Notes under the pieces: model-generated
Seen by the model: only the letters and a program-made list of their open reading frames with translations
The model's database searches: none
What the model was told of the DNA's origin: nothing
Shown here: positions 6,637 to 17,202 of the stretch, in pieces
How the letters are laid out: the number at the start of each line of letters is the position of its first letter
Numbering within the stretch: position 1 is the stretch's first letter
Made by a program: the position numbers and the translations under genes
From: a virus
Taxonomy: Duplodnaviria > Caudoviricetes
Virus record (IMG/VR): IMGVR_UViG_3300011338_000327
Coordinates: 1-49,560 of that record
Reading direction: 5' to 3' (one strand)
Length of the DNA: 49,560 bases

Positions 6637-7919
6637 GTGAAATAGTTTAATCCAAGTTTGTCCATCTTTTGAATAGCGTCAAGAGCCTTGTCGGTAGCTG
6701 ATGTAGGCATTTCTAGGTAGTATCCAGATACGCCGTCACAATGTTCAATGGCGTTCTCAATAGCGTCCTCAATCGACTTATCGGACATACCGATTACTGC
6801 GCCAATTTCAGGCAATCCATCACCCATAGGAGAGATGTATTCACGTCCGTTAATCTTCATGCAATTGCGAAGTTTCACAAAGTCACGAACGTCTGGATCA
6901 ATGTCAACTGGTTGCCAGTTTCCAGATGCCCACGATGAATGGATCAGAACTTCTGCACCATATTTAGCAGTTGGTTCTGGATCGACAACGATTCCGTTTG
7001 CACCATACCATACAATTTCAGCAAAGTTGCTATAAAGCTCTTGCCATAGTTCATTAGGTGGACTTGGCGAACGCATACACCCATCAATCATATATGGGTT
7101 GTGATCTTTACCAATGCGAACCTCGGTTGACATCCAACCACGATAACCATAAGCAGCAAAAACTGGCTTCATTTTGTCGTTAAAGCGGCGAATAGGTTCT
7201 GGAATGTCAAGATAGTCAGTAAACACGCCAACGTATGCCAAGTCCTTCACTTCGATTCCAGACATCAGCTTCGATGGATACTTGCCGTCAATGACGTATC
7301 CGTCAGTGCCACCTTCAAACATATTCTTTTCGGTCAACTCATTTTCAACCGTGAATTCAATGACGTGTTTAAGTGGCCCCAGCTTGTGTTCTACCTCGTC
7401 TAGTTTTGGCTCAACTTGCTGGTAGTTTTCACTCTTAAAAGTCTCAAAGGTTCCGCGCCACTTGTTGATTTTAACATATACGTTTTTATTCTCTTTTAGA
7501 TATGTTCTGAGGTTGTCAATTCCTTTGATATGCTCAAACTTTCCAACAGGGAGATCCAACGCAACAAGAATCTCTTTCATTCCTTCACGATCAAGCTCTA
7601 AGCACTCTCCTAGCCTTCCACCCCATACTGTCTTACCTTGGTCAACTAGATATTGTTGCAATGGCCCGTGGTTAATGTCTGGGAATACGAACAAATCAAT
7701 CTCATCGAAATGTGAGCCGAAGATGGAATCAACAAGCTCGATTTCATCGTAACCATAGCCAATCATACTGGTCATCTTTGGGAATGCTGATTCCCATGGC
7801 GTGTATGAGTAAACTTTCTTGAATGTTTGAGCCAGTTTTAGAGCTTGTGAAATGAAAAGCCCATGGTCAATGAACAATGCAGTTACTTCGCTTGGGTCTT
7901 TTAAATCTTCAATTTCCAT
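6633..7919 (-). CDS. ATP-grasp amide ligase, PurD/GARS-like but divergent
   Basis: DLFVFPD pre-ATP-grasp region, VWGG..ECLELDR...MKEILVALDLP, VYVK, EGGTDGYVIDG, YRGWMSTEVRI, YMIDGCMR. Confidence 0.7.
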   Translation of the reverse strand: MEIEDLKDPSEVTALFIDHGLFISQALKLAQTFKKVYSYTPWESAFPKMTSMIGYGYDEIELVDSIFGSHFDEIDLFVFPDINHGPLQQYLVDQGKTVWGGRLGECLELDREGMKEILVALDLPVGKFEHIKGIDNLRTYLKENKNVYVKINKWRGTFETFKSENYQQVEPKLDEVEHKLGPLKHVIEFTVENELTEKNMFEGGTDGYVIDGKYPSKLMSGIEVKDLAYVGVFTDYLDIPEPIRRFNDKMKPVFAAYGYRGWMSTEVRIGKDHNPYMIDGCMRSPSPPNELWQELYSNFAEIVWYGANGIVVDPEPTAKYGAEVLIHSSWASGNWQPVDIDPDVRDFVKLRNCMKINGREYISPMGDGLPEIGAVIGMSDKSIEDAIENAIEHCDGVSGYYLEMPTSATDKALDAIQKMDKLGLNYFT

Positions 7920-7920
7920 A

Positions 7921-8061
7921 TTATTTTTTCTTCTTAGCTTTCGCCTTGCGTTGGATGCTGTATGCTATGGCAAGAGCCTGCTTTTGGCTTTTTCCTGATT
8001 TGATTTCAGTTTTCAAATTGCGTTCAAAGCAATTCTGTGAGGCGCATTTTCGTAATGGCAT
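7921..8061 (-). CDS. Small basic phage protein (MPLRKCASQNCFERNLKTEIKSGKSQKQALAIAYS)
   Basis: MPL...SGKxQKQAxAIA pattern recurrent in phages; start reassigned to 8061. Confidence 0.7.
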   Translation of the reverse strand: MPLRKCASQNCFERNLKTEIKSGKSQKQALAIAYSIQRKAKAKKKK

Positions 8062-8071
8062 ATTATTATTT

Positions 8072-11000
8072 TTATTTGTCTTCTTGTTTTTGTTCAACTT
8101 GTTTTGGCAAATCTCCTTCAACTGGTTTATCGTTTTTATCAAGAATCTTGATTAGATTTTCGTCGAAAACAACATAGTTGTATGTGTTTTTTTGTTGCTC
8201 TTTTTCAAGTGTAGCGAGTCTATTTTGTTCGTCTTTTAGAATTTTTGAAAGAATTGCGTTTGACGGATTAGAATCTAAATCGCGTTGAGCTATTCTTACG
8301 CGAGCTTTTGCTTCTTCTAAAGTTTTAGGATTTAAACGCGATGTTCCGTCAAGGTAACGAATGCCGGGAATGCCTGCTGCAAGCAATGCTTCGGATGCTG
8401 TTTTAGGATTACCACTTGCAATTGTATTGTAAATTTGTGATCCGTTGCTTTTTTTTGTAACACCAAGATAATCTGGAGTTATTTCTGAAGCAAATAATTC
8501 CTCCAAAATAGGATCGCCTTTAGCAGCATATTTAGCCAATGCTTTCTGCACTTTCTCACTCTGCTCACTCAAAGGTTTGTCCCAATCAAGCAAGTCTTCG
8601 TCTTTTACGTCAAGATCAACTTTGTAGAGGTTGCCTTGTTCAAATGTGATTTCTTTTTTGGATTTAACTTGGCTCAACGCATCATTAAACTTTTTAGCGT
8701 ATTCAAGTCCACCTTGTTCAACAGTATATGGCTCACCTTTTTCAGAGTCTTTTTGTAAAGTTTTACCAATCTGTTTTGCTTTATTTATTCCTTGATGATA
8801 AACTAATGAAATCGCATGACGGATTGGGTTTTTGTAATCGTCGCTTCGTAGTGACATTCCTTTCCAATCGTATATTCCGGGAGAATTCCAATCGGTTAGC
8901 TTCTCTTTGTAATCTTGAGCAACTTTTCTAGCTTGAGCAAAATACAAACCCCATCCATATGCTTGCGCTCCTTCACCAGTTCCGATTTTCTCCAACTTGA
9001 ACTTGTCTACGTCAAATGGAGTGCCATGATACGCTGGCAGGAAGTTAATTAACCCTGCGGAGCTAACAAGAGCGTTGCTATATGGCTTAATAACTGCGTC
9101 AGTATCAGGTTTTGCACTTGTTTCAATATCAGCGGGTTTGATGGTGTCAGCATCCATCTTCGGAGAAATTTCAGTTTTTTCTCGAATAGCAGGCTCCATC
9201 TCCACCATGTTGCTGTGTAGAACGCCTCTATCAGTATTGAACGTGTCTTCCTCGCTGGTTGCCTCTTTAAGTTGTCCAGATGCCTCGGCAATACGATATG
9301 CCTCCTCACGATCTACAACACGCCCTGTGTCTGTTTTAAAACCATAGTAGCGCGATTCACGATCAGTCTGTTCATCAGGAGCATTGGGATTTGCTGCCAT
9401 GTGACTTACACCTTCACGAACTTCGCCAGTGCGAGGATCGGTGTAGGTCGCGGCAACGATGCGTTCCTCTTCGGCTGGACGCTCTGGCATGAATTGAACG
9501 CCTTTTTGTGCTGGAGGATTGTACCCAAATTCTGACAATGAATTACCTTCAGTAAACAAATGCGATGCTGGAACAGATTTTGAAAGTATTTTATACTCTC
9601 CGTTCAATGCACTTTCGCCATGATCTACAGCATAAGAACGAGAAGGCGTAACCCAATCACCAGCATTGATTGCAGTAATTTGTTGTGGTCTTTCTGACAA
9701 CGCTTCATCTAATTGTTTTTTGAAATCTTCAGACCAAGGGTTTAATTTAGCTAGTTTTTCAAATTTTGAAATTCTATCTTCAATTTCCTTAGCTTTTACT
9801 GGATCAACTTCACCAAGATATTTCGGAACAGCACGATAAACTTTTACTTTTGCATTAGCTTTTCCTTTTGCAGATCGGATTGCATACAATGATTCTGCAT
9901 CAGATTTTGGTTCTCCAGAACCATAATATTGTAATGCTTTATCAAATGAAAGTGTGTAAAAATCATCAGGGTAAATTCCTTTTGTAACTTCATTGAATGG
10001 AGAACCATTTTCTTGATCTGGAGATTTATGTGTTCCTCGATATGCGTAATCTTCTTCCCTTTCAGGCATGAAACTAATTCCAATGTTTTTTCTCTTATCA
10101 TTTTCCTGCCTTGGAGCTTCACCTTCCATGCGTTCTGGCATGAAGTTAGCTTTTGCAAACCCATAATTAACTGGCATTTTAGTTGCGTTTGGATTTTCAA
10201 GCAACTCTGCAATATGGTCAACACGCACGGACATAATTGTGCGGTTAGCATCTTTACCCCTTGGATCACCTTTTCTGCGTGGAATAGTTGTTCTGTCAAG
10301 GTTAGTATATTCACTTGCCTTGTCGTAAAGATTCAGAAGATCATTGAATATATTCTTCTTTTGCAACGCAATTTGCTTATCAGCATCAAGCCCAGTTTCA
10401 CCAGCTTCACCTCTTTGCCAGTTGTTTAAATACTTTGTGAAATCATCAAAAGTGCGTTCAAGGTTGTTATCCCAGTAACGTAAACGCCCCGGCATACGCT
10501 CATTCCACAAGCGCATTTTATCAAAGATTCTTCCAACTGAAATTGTTGTAACAAGAAAGTTTCCAGCTTTTGACAAGTGCATTCCGATTGGAACAAGATC
10601 ATACATTTTTGGTGAAAATGCTTGATACTTTCCGTTGTCATTCATAACCGCTGCATAATCGACAATGAAACGTGATCCATCACCGCGAGCAATGGCTTCG
10701 TTCATTTTCAGCATATTTTCCTTCAGAGTCTTTGGAATAAGACTTTCAGGCATATCTTTGATTGCTTGAATCTGTGCTGGAGTAAATGTTCCGCGATACG
10801 TTTCTGAATCCTCTGAAACTGCTTCAAATCGATTAGGAGTTCCATAATCGTCAGTATCCAATGATTCCGTGATTAGTTTTCTTCTATCTGCCGCAAGTTT
10901 TTTTGCATCTTTTGCCTTATACATTATGGGTGTTACCCCATCTGGCTCCATTGCTAAATCACGCGAAACAACGAGAGTTCCACCTTCGGGAACTTGCAAT

Positions 11001-14000
11001 CCTTGCGCTTCAACTGGAATGTCACCATATCCAGAAAGTTTTTTAAATCCACCATCGGTATTCTGAAATGTTCCTTCCAGTGGATTAGGCGTTGTGACTG
11101 GCATTGATTCGCCAATCTGATTTCCGTCTTTATCAAATACTTTTAATTTAAATTCTGTTTTGAATAACGGAGAGTCTTTTCCAAATCGTTCAATCAACGC
11201 AGAATTTTTCATCATCTGCGCTTTGCTTATCTTCGGCATCTGCGGAGCTTCCACAGGAGGCGAAATTTCGCCATTTAAGGCAACAATCTGGCGCATTGCG
11301 TCTCTTGCTGCCGCCATGGCCTCTGGCGGGAATTCTGCGCGTGTATTTGACGCTGTTACAATGTCGCCACTTCCACCAAGACCGTAAAAACGATTGATTG
11401 TACGATCAAGGAGATTTTTCTTTGCTTTGATCCTTGCCCTATCCCACATAGCAAGAGTTGCGGAATCTAAATCTTTAGCAAGGTGTCTGCTTGTAATTTC
11501 ACCAAGCAAATCTGACATAACTTCATTTTTCATGTAGTCAGCAACTTTGTTTTCATCTAACTGACCACGGGATTCATCCCAAAGTTTGTTTAGCTTTGCA
11601 AATGCCTCTTTTCCTTCTGGGTCTAAATGGCGAAGGTATCCATCATTGAAAAGCTCAGTAAGTTTTGCTTTTGAGAAAATACCGGGAGTTGTTGCTTTAA
11701 TGTTTCCAGCAGCATCGCGGATGTCATTTTGGAAAAGCATTGACCTAACACCACTAAGCGCATCTTGGAATTCTGGAACAACACCCATGAAGTGGCCTGT
11801 TTCGTGAGCCAATGCCTCAATTGGAGTTTCACCAAACAATTTGATTCGTTCACGGATTGAATCTGCATTCAGAACAATCGATGGTTTCCTTCTATCAAAT
11901 ACAACGCCTTCTTGCGCTGGATTTGAATAAAAACCAGCCTGTGCTGCTATTTGAGCTAGATCAGCATCAGGAACATTGCTATGCGCTGGATTATTACGCA
12001 GTTTTTGATAAATTTGATCTGTGGAAAGAATGTTAAATCCAACATTGTTCTGACCGCTTTTAAGAACACCATTGGTGATGTCTTGAAGGTTAGCGTATGT
12101 TTTAAGAAACTCCCTGCCAAATTCATTGCGCGTTTGAACATTTGCGCGTTTTGTTGCGTCAAGTTGCCTTTTTTGTAAATCAAGATTTTCTTGCGCAGCT
12201 TTTATTGCTTCAGATTTATTTGATGCGATTGCTTCATTTAATGCAGTTTGACTTTCGTCAAGTTTGCTTTGTCTAAATGCAATTGCATTATCAAAATCAG
12301 AAATTTGATCGATATTAGCTTGCGTTTCTGGATCTGCTTCTTGATACCTTCTGCGTATTCTTGAATCATCAGAAATTCGTTCACGTTGTGCAATAACGGG
12401 ATCAACTCCCATGAACTTACCTTTAATGTGCTGTAATGCGCGACCACCAAGGGTAATCGCAAGTCCATCTGAAAGCATTTGCTTCATTTCTTCAGGTGAA
12501 GCGGATTCTAGCGCACCAGTGGCAAGGGCAAGTGTTGTTCCGTGGATTCCAGTCTTTGCGTATTCAACAGAATTTGAAAGGATGTTATCAATTGTCTTTC
12601 CACCACGAGAAGGAAGTTTTGCTTTTAATGCAGAACCTTCAGCAGATTGACCAAGGGTTTCAAATGTTTTACCCAATGGTGCTACTTTTCTTGCTTCTGC
12701 CACTTCTTTTACAAGCGTAGGCACTTCAAGTCCAAACTTAATGCCTTTCAATGCAGATCTAGCTGCAACACCTCCAACAGCACCAGTCAAAATTCCAGCC
12801 AATGGATTTTCTGGAGACATTTGATACCCTGCAATACCTCCAATAGTTGGAGATGCTATTTTACCTAAAACTCCAGTTGTTTTTTCAGCGATTGGTTTAA
12901 ATCTCTGAATAACCTCTTCAATTTTTTCTGCACCTTTTGCAACGCTTGTTGCTCTTTCAGTGCGTCTTTTAAGCATCTCATCAAGTTTTGATTTCTGTAA
13001 TACTTGAGCAGCTTTATTGATTTCAGCAATTTCATCAGCAGATTTGCCAATGTATTTAAGACCTTGAGCGATGTTTTTAGCACCTTTGTATCCAAGGCTA
13101 ACCGCCCCCATTGTTCCCATGCCTACCTCACCGGGAAGCAAAAATTCACCAGCAATCCTTACACGGGCATTTTCTTCTGGAAGCTCAGACTCCATTTCAG
13201 ATGTAAGTTTGTCAACGATACCGCGAGCCATTTCGTCTTGTTGAGCTTTTGCCTGTTCAACGCTTACATTTGTTCTTGCAGCCAACTCTTCAGGCGATTC
13301 CATCTGAGATTTGGAAATATACGTCAAAGCATCTTTTGCAAGAGGACTATCAAGCAATCTTCCGTAAATAGTAGGATGTTCACGGAAATATTCAGCGTGA
13401 GCTTGATCTACAATCCTACGCCCCTTCCAGCGTTCAAAACGATCCTCTGGATTGACCAACCCCATCTTTTCACCAACAGCATCAGCCCAACCAAATCCAC
13501 CTTCTTTAGCTTTTTCACCCATCCAAATAACATCTTCAGGTATTTCAAAGGCTGGAGCCATGAAAGAATAAAATGATCCTTTGGCTTTTTGAAGATTCTT
13601 TGCTGCTTCTTCATCACTGACTGTCATGTCAGTTGCTTTTACAACATCTCTACCAAGTTCAGCGGCTCCAAGACCAACCTTTACTGGTATTTTAGAAACT
13701 CCTTTGATGACATCTACAGCGTCACCACCAAGGTTGTACCAATCTTCCCATGAAGACGGAATAGATGGCATTTTTGACTTCTCAACGTCAAAGATACGCC
13801 TTGCTTGAGCGTCATCCAGCGGAATATCTTTACGAGCTTGAGCTACCTTATATTGCTCGTCATCACTTAATGAGTTGAATAAACTTTTGTCTTCATCATC
13901 AAGTTCATTTGATCTCTTTTGTGAGATAACATTAAGAAAAATGTCTCCGCTTGTCTTTTCAGCAGCAGTTGGAACTGGCTCAAGTGCTTTTTCAGCAACG

Positions 14001-14173
14001 TCAAAGAAATCTTCTTGAGGTTGTTCAGTTTCAGTAAAAAGCTCAGGCTTTTGATCTAGTTCTTGTGTTACTTCTTGCGTAACTTCATCAAGAATGCTTT
14101 TTGGCTTTTCTTCTTGAGGTTGTTGAGATAGTTCGGACTCTACTTCAGCCTTGATTTCATCAAGAATTGCCAT
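8072..14173 (-). CDS. Giant polyvalent internal virion/ejection protein with zincin motif and C-terminal ART-like domains
   Basis: 2033 aa; ALAHETGH (HExxH); AYHGTPFDVDKF...IGTGEGAQAYGWGLYF and VYRAVPK...GDWVT domains typical of phage polyvalent proteins; last gene of the ejection cluster. Confidence 0.75.
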   Translation of the reverse strand: MAILDEIKAEVESELSQQPQEEKPKSILDEVTQEVTQELDQKPELFTETEQPQEDFFDVAEKALEPVPTAAEKTSGDIFLNVISQKRSNELDDEDKSLFNSLSDDEQYKVAQARKDIPLDDAQARRIFDVEKSKMPSIPSSWEDWYNLGGDAVDVIKGVSKIPVKVGLGAAELGRDVVKATDMTVSDEEAAKNLQKAKGSFYSFMAPAFEIPEDVIWMGEKAKEGGFGWADAVGEKMGLVNPEDRFERWKGRRIVDQAHAEYFREHPTIYGRLLDSPLAKDALTYISKSQMESPEELAARTNVSVEQAKAQQDEMARGIVDKLTSEMESELPEENARVRIAGEFLLPGEVGMGTMGAVSLGYKGAKNIAQGLKYIGKSADEIAEINKAAQVLQKSKLDEMLKRRTERATSVAKGAEKIEEVIQRFKPIAEKTTGVLGKIASPTIGGIAGYQMSPENPLAGILTGAVGGVAARSALKGIKFGLEVPTLVKEVAEARKVAPLGKTFETLGQSAEGSALKAKLPSRGGKTIDNILSNSVEYAKTGIHGTTLALATGALESASPEEMKQMLSDGLAITLGGRALQHIKGKFMGVDPVIAQRERISDDSRIRRRYQEADPETQANIDQISDFDNAIAFRQSKLDESQTALNEAIASNKSEAIKAAQENLDLQKRQLDATKRANVQTRNEFGREFLKTYANLQDITNGVLKSGQNNVGFNILSTDQIYQKLRNNPAHSNVPDADLAQIAAQAGFYSNPAQEGVVFDRRKPSIVLNADSIRERIKLFGETPIEALAHETGHFMGVVPEFQDALSGVRSMLFQNDIRDAAGNIKATTPGIFSKAKLTELFNDGYLRHLDPEGKEAFAKLNKLWDESRGQLDENKVADYMKNEVMSDLLGEITSRHLAKDLDSATLAMWDRARIKAKKNLLDRTINRFYGLGGSGDIVTASNTRAEFPPEAMAAARDAMRQIVALNGEISPPVEAPQMPKISKAQMMKNSALIERFGKDSPLFKTEFKLKVFDKDGNQIGESMPVTTPNPLEGTFQNTDGGFKKLSGYGDIPVEAQGLQVPEGGTLVVSRDLAMEPDGVTPIMYKAKDAKKLAADRRKLITESLDTDDYGTPNRFEAVSEDSETYRGTFTPAQIQAIKDMPESLIPKTLKENMLKMNEAIARGDGSRFIVDYAAVMNDNGKYQAFSPKMYDLVPIGMHLSKAGNFLVTTISVGRIFDKMRLWNERMPGRLRYWDNNLERTFDDFTKYLNNWQRGEAGETGLDADKQIALQKKNIFNDLLNLYDKASEYTNLDRTTIPRRKGDPRGKDANRTIMSVRVDHIAELLENPNATKMPVNYGFAKANFMPERMEGEAPRQENDKRKNIGISFMPEREEDYAYRGTHKSPDQENGSPFNEVTKGIYPDDFYTLSFDKALQYYGSGEPKSDAESLYAIRSAKGKANAKVKVYRAVPKYLGEVDPVKAKEIEDRISKFEKLAKLNPWSEDFKKQLDEALSERPQQITAINAGDWVTPSRSYAVDHGESALNGEYKILSKSVPASHLFTEGNSLSEFGYNPPAQKGVQFMPERPAEEERIVAATYTDPRTGEVREGVSHMAANPNAPDEQTDRESRYYGFKTDTGRVVDREEAYRIAEASGQLKEATSEEDTFNTDRGVLHSNMVEMEPAIREKTEISPKMDADTIKPADIETSAKPDTDAVIKPYSNALVSSAGLINFLPAYHGTPFDVDKFKLEKIGTGEGAQAYGWGLYFAQARKVAQDYKEKLTDWNSPGIYDWKGMSLRSDDYKNPIRHAISLVYHQGINKAKQIGKTLQKDSEKGEPYTVEQGGLEYAKKFNDALSQVKSKKEITFEQGNLYKVDLDVKDEDLLDWDKPLSEQSEKVQKALAKYAAKGDPILEELFASEITPDYLGVTKKSNGSQIYNTIASGNPKTASEALLAAGIPGIRYLDGTSRLNPKTLEEAKARVRIAQRDLDSNPSNAILSKILKDEQNRLATLEKEQQKNTYNYVVFDENLIKILDKNDKPVEGDLPKQVEQKQEDK

Positions 14174-14174
14174 T

Positions 14175-15914
14175 TTATTTATTTCCGATAAATGATTCTA
14201 ATGTTTCTCCAGTTGATCTAGGTGTTGCTGGTTGAAATATAGGTTGCTGAATTGGTTGAGAAACTGGAGTGACAGGAGTTGGTTTTTTCTTTTTCAACTC
14301 TTCTTGTTTTATAAGTTCATACAATGCCTTGCGTTTAGCTAGGAACTCTGGAGATTGTCTTTGGTCAACTGGAGTTTGTTCAAGATCCATTGACAACGAA
14401 GATATTTCGTTTTTTTGAGCTTCCTCTTTTGGAACTTGTATTTTCAATTCCCTAATAACTCTGTCTGGATTTATACCAGCATCTTTTGCCGTTTCACGCA
14501 AATCAGAAATAGAATCTTTTGCAGATTCAACGCGAGTTTTAGCAAGGTTTGATGCAAGATTTTTTATTTGTTTCCTAGCTTCTGGAGTCAATCTATCTCC
14601 AACAACAAGATTTTCTACAGTTAAACCAAGTCGTTTTAAACGTGGAATTGCTGTTTGCAACAATGTAACATCACCTTCACGAACAGCAACTCCGGGATCA
14701 ACCATTCTTTGAAATGCGTTAATAGCAGAAATATCACCAAATCCAGTTCCTTCAGCTAATGAAGTGTTTACAATTTCATGAGAGCTTTTTGCATCAATTG
14801 CATTTTTAATCAATGGATTTTGTTGAACATTTGACGCTAATTTATCGTAAACCGTAATTTGATCTTTTGATAAAATGGGTGCTGATACCGCCGCTTTCTC
14901 TTCAGCAAGTTCTTTTGGACTCAATGCTTTCCTTGGCTTAACCAAGAAGAAAGTTTGACCGCCAACCGTTTTTACTGTTTTTTCGTCAATTTCAGCAGGT
15001 TTCCATCCGGGTATTTCTCTGCTTGCCTCTTCTTGAGCTTTTTCAATTGGATAAAATCCGGGTCTTTGTGGTTCAATTTGAGTTTGTTTAACTGGTTTAG
15101 GTGCTTCAAGTCCAGCTAGTGTTTTACGCAATTCACCTCTGACTTGTTTTGCTTCTGCTAATTGTTCAGGTGGAACAAATGAAGTTTTAATTCCACTTAA
15201 AGAAAATTCAGTTGGAACTTCTGGAGCAACATTAGCTCCACTCGTTGATGCAGAAATATATTCTGGTGACAAATTCTCAAGACCTTTAGCTTGAGCTGCA
15301 ACTCGTTCTTGGATTGCTTGTGCTGGAGATATTGCACCCAATGAATCACTTTCTGACCCAAGTTCAGGTAACGGAGTGTCAAAATCAATTTGTGTTGCGG
15401 AATCACTAACATCACCACCAACATCACCATCAATAACGTCAGATTCGGAATCTTGCTTTACTTCGCCAGTTTGACCATCTAAATAAATTGGATAATTATC
15501 TCCAAGAGAACCTTTAAGTCTTTCTTTTGTTGCTCTATAATCAATTAAAGCCTTTTGTCTTTCTAAAGTGTCATCTTTTGCAGATGCCCTAATTGTCATT
15601 AATTCTTTTTCGTGAGCATACTTCCTTCCTTCAGCAGCAAGCTCTCTGTCACCTTTATACTTTGCTGTAACACCTTCAGTAATACCACCAATAGCAGCAA
15701 GTAAACCTTTAGAAATACCTTCAGTCACTAACTCAGGTCGTGAAGATGGTGGGATTATCATCGGAGGTGGTGCAGGTATATTAATTGGCGTCAATGCGCG
15801 AGGCTCAAATGAAGCTCGTCTAGTTACGTCAAGTGGCTGCAAGGCTTGCAATGCGCCAAGATTGGCGAGTTGAGGTGTTACTTTATACCCCTCTGATGAA
15901 TAGCTGATTGGCAT
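14175..15914 (-). CDS. Putative internal virion (ejection) protein
   Basis: 579 aa, mostly helical/low complexity, GDISAINAFQRMVDPGVAVREGD motif; position before the giant protein. Confidence 0.6.
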   Translation of the reverse strand: MPISYSSEGYKVTPQLANLGALQALQPLDVTRRASFEPRALTPINIPAPPPMIIPPSSRPELVTEGISKGLLAAIGGITEGVTAKYKGDRELAAEGRKYAHEKELMTIRASAKDDTLERQKALIDYRATKERLKGSLGDNYPIYLDGQTGEVKQDSESDVIDGDVGGDVSDSATQIDFDTPLPELGSESDSLGAISPAQAIQERVAAQAKGLENLSPEYISASTSGANVAPEVPTEFSLSGIKTSFVPPEQLAEAKQVRGELRKTLAGLEAPKPVKQTQIEPQRPGFYPIEKAQEEASREIPGWKPAEIDEKTVKTVGGQTFFLVKPRKALSPKELAEEKAAVSAPILSKDQITVYDKLASNVQQNPLIKNAIDAKSSHEIVNTSLAEGTGFGDISAINAFQRMVDPGVAVREGDVTLLQTAIPRLKRLGLTVENLVVGDRLTPEARKQIKNLASNLAKTRVESAKDSISDLRETAKDAGINPDRVIRELKIQVPKEEAQKNEISSLSMDLEQTPVDQRQSPEFLAKRKALYELIKQEELKKKKPTPVTPVSQPIQQPIFQPATPRSTGETLESFIGNK

Positions 15915-15917
15915 AAT

Positions 15918-16646
15918 TTAAACTCCACCGAACTTCAGATCGGATGATTTAGGAAGTGAGAATATATTAGATTTCTTCGCGTTTTGTCCAGCAAAACCTG
16001 ACAAAACTGGATTTACTGGGGTTGCTGGAGCCATTACATTAGCTGGAGTTGTTGGAAGCATACTTTGTGCTGCGCCTATATTAGCCAAAGCCTCTTGTTG
16101 CGATGCATTAACGTCAAAACCTCCACCTGTAGCTTGTTGTCCCGCTGTAGCTTGAGCTTGTTGAGAAGCTAACAATGCGTTTGCATCACGAATTGCTTGC
16201 ATTGAATTAGCTGTAGCTAAATCTTGTTTAGCCGATTGCTCTCCTTGAAGTTGAGATTGTTGTCCTGATACAATTTGAGATTGAATTAAAGCTTGTCGTT
16301 GGGCTTCAGCAGCAGCAGCAGCTTGTGCATTTTGCTGTTTTTGCATATCAGCCAAAAATGCAAGCATTGGATCTTTTTTATCTTTTTTATCTTTTTGTTT
16401 AAAAGGATTTTGATTAGTTACACCTGAAGATCCAGTTTTTGATTTATCTTCAGGACTCAAACCTTTAATTTTCCCAAACGCTCCTGAATATGTTCCAAAT
16501 TTTCCACCCTTTGGCCCCGGAAGAACTCCTGCTGGATCCATTATGTTCATTGGATCAATTATACCTCTGGCTTGTTTGGCTATTTTAGTTTTTCCAATTC
16601 CAAAAGGATCAACTACTTTTGTTAGTGTTTTTTGAACTCCTCCCAT
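15918..16646 (-). CDS. Gln/Ala-rich putative ejection protein (MGGVQK...), paralog of 16648-17160
   Basis: Shares DPM.A.LA, AAAAAEAQ.QA.IQ, ATGGGFDV and the L.FGG C-terminus with its neighbour; start reassigned to 16646. Confidence 0.65.
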   Translation of the reverse strand: MGGVQKTLTKVVDPFGIGKTKIAKQARGIIDPMNIMDPAGVLPGPKGGKFGTYSGAFGKIKGLSPEDKSKTGSSGVTNQNPFKQKDKKDKKDPMLAFLADMQKQQNAQAAAAAEAQRQALIQSQIVSGQQSQLQGEQSAKQDLATANSMQAIRDANALLASQQAQATAGQQATGGGFDVNASQQEALANIGAAQSMLPTTPANVMAPATPVNPVLSGFAGQNAKKSNIFSLPKSSDLKFGGV

Positions 16647-16647
16647 A

Positions 16648-17160
16648 TTAAGATCCTCCAAAAGTTAGACCAGATGTTGCTGGTGTTGCAAATTTATTTA
16701 ATCTTTGCTGAGTTCCACCAACGCCTTGATTTGCCATTGGTTGTTGTGATGCTCCACCTGTCATTTGTTGCAAAGATTGTTGTCTAGCTTGACCAACATC
16801 AAATCCTCCTCCAGTTGCTGATGCTCCAGCTCCTCCTGCTGGTTGAGATGCAAGCGTTGCATAATCTTGCGCTTGTTGAATTGCATTCATTCCACCCAAA
16901 GATTGTCTTGCTGTAGCTTCACTTTGCATTTGAGCTTGTTGTCCAGCTTGAGTTTGAGCTTGAATTTGAGCTTGTTTTTGCGCTTCAGCAGCAGCGGCAG
17001 CTTGTTGTGCCTGTTGTTGCTGTTGCATAGCAAGATATGCAATCATTGGATCAATGCTTGGTTGAACTTGAGCTTGGGCTTTAGGTTGCCTAGCTTGAGG
17101 TTGAGGTTGAGGCTGAGTTTGAAAACTTTGTTGTTTAGGTTGTGATTTGCTTCCGCCCAT
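16648..17160 (-). CDS. Gln/Ala-rich putative ejection protein (MGGSKS...)
   Basis: 170 aa, low complexity, paralogous to 15918-16646. Confidence 0.65.
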   Translation of the reverse strand: MGGSKSQPKQQSFQTQPQPQPQARQPKAQAQVQPSIDPMIAYLAMQQQQQAQQAAAAAEAQKQAQIQAQTQAGQQAQMQSEATARQSLGGMNAIQQAQDYATLASQPAGGAGASATGGGFDVGQARQQSLQQMTGGASQQPMANQGVGGTQQRLNKFATPATSGLTFGGS

Positions 17161-17202
17161 AGGATTTTACGTTTAATGTTAATATCTAACGATTACTTTA
17201 TA

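Noticed and set aside
6633-7919. PurZ/Z-genome or purine biosynthesis gene
   Set aside because: Motifs are ATP-grasp, not adenylosuccinate-synthetase type; no DatZ, MazZ, polymerase or other pur genes in the window.
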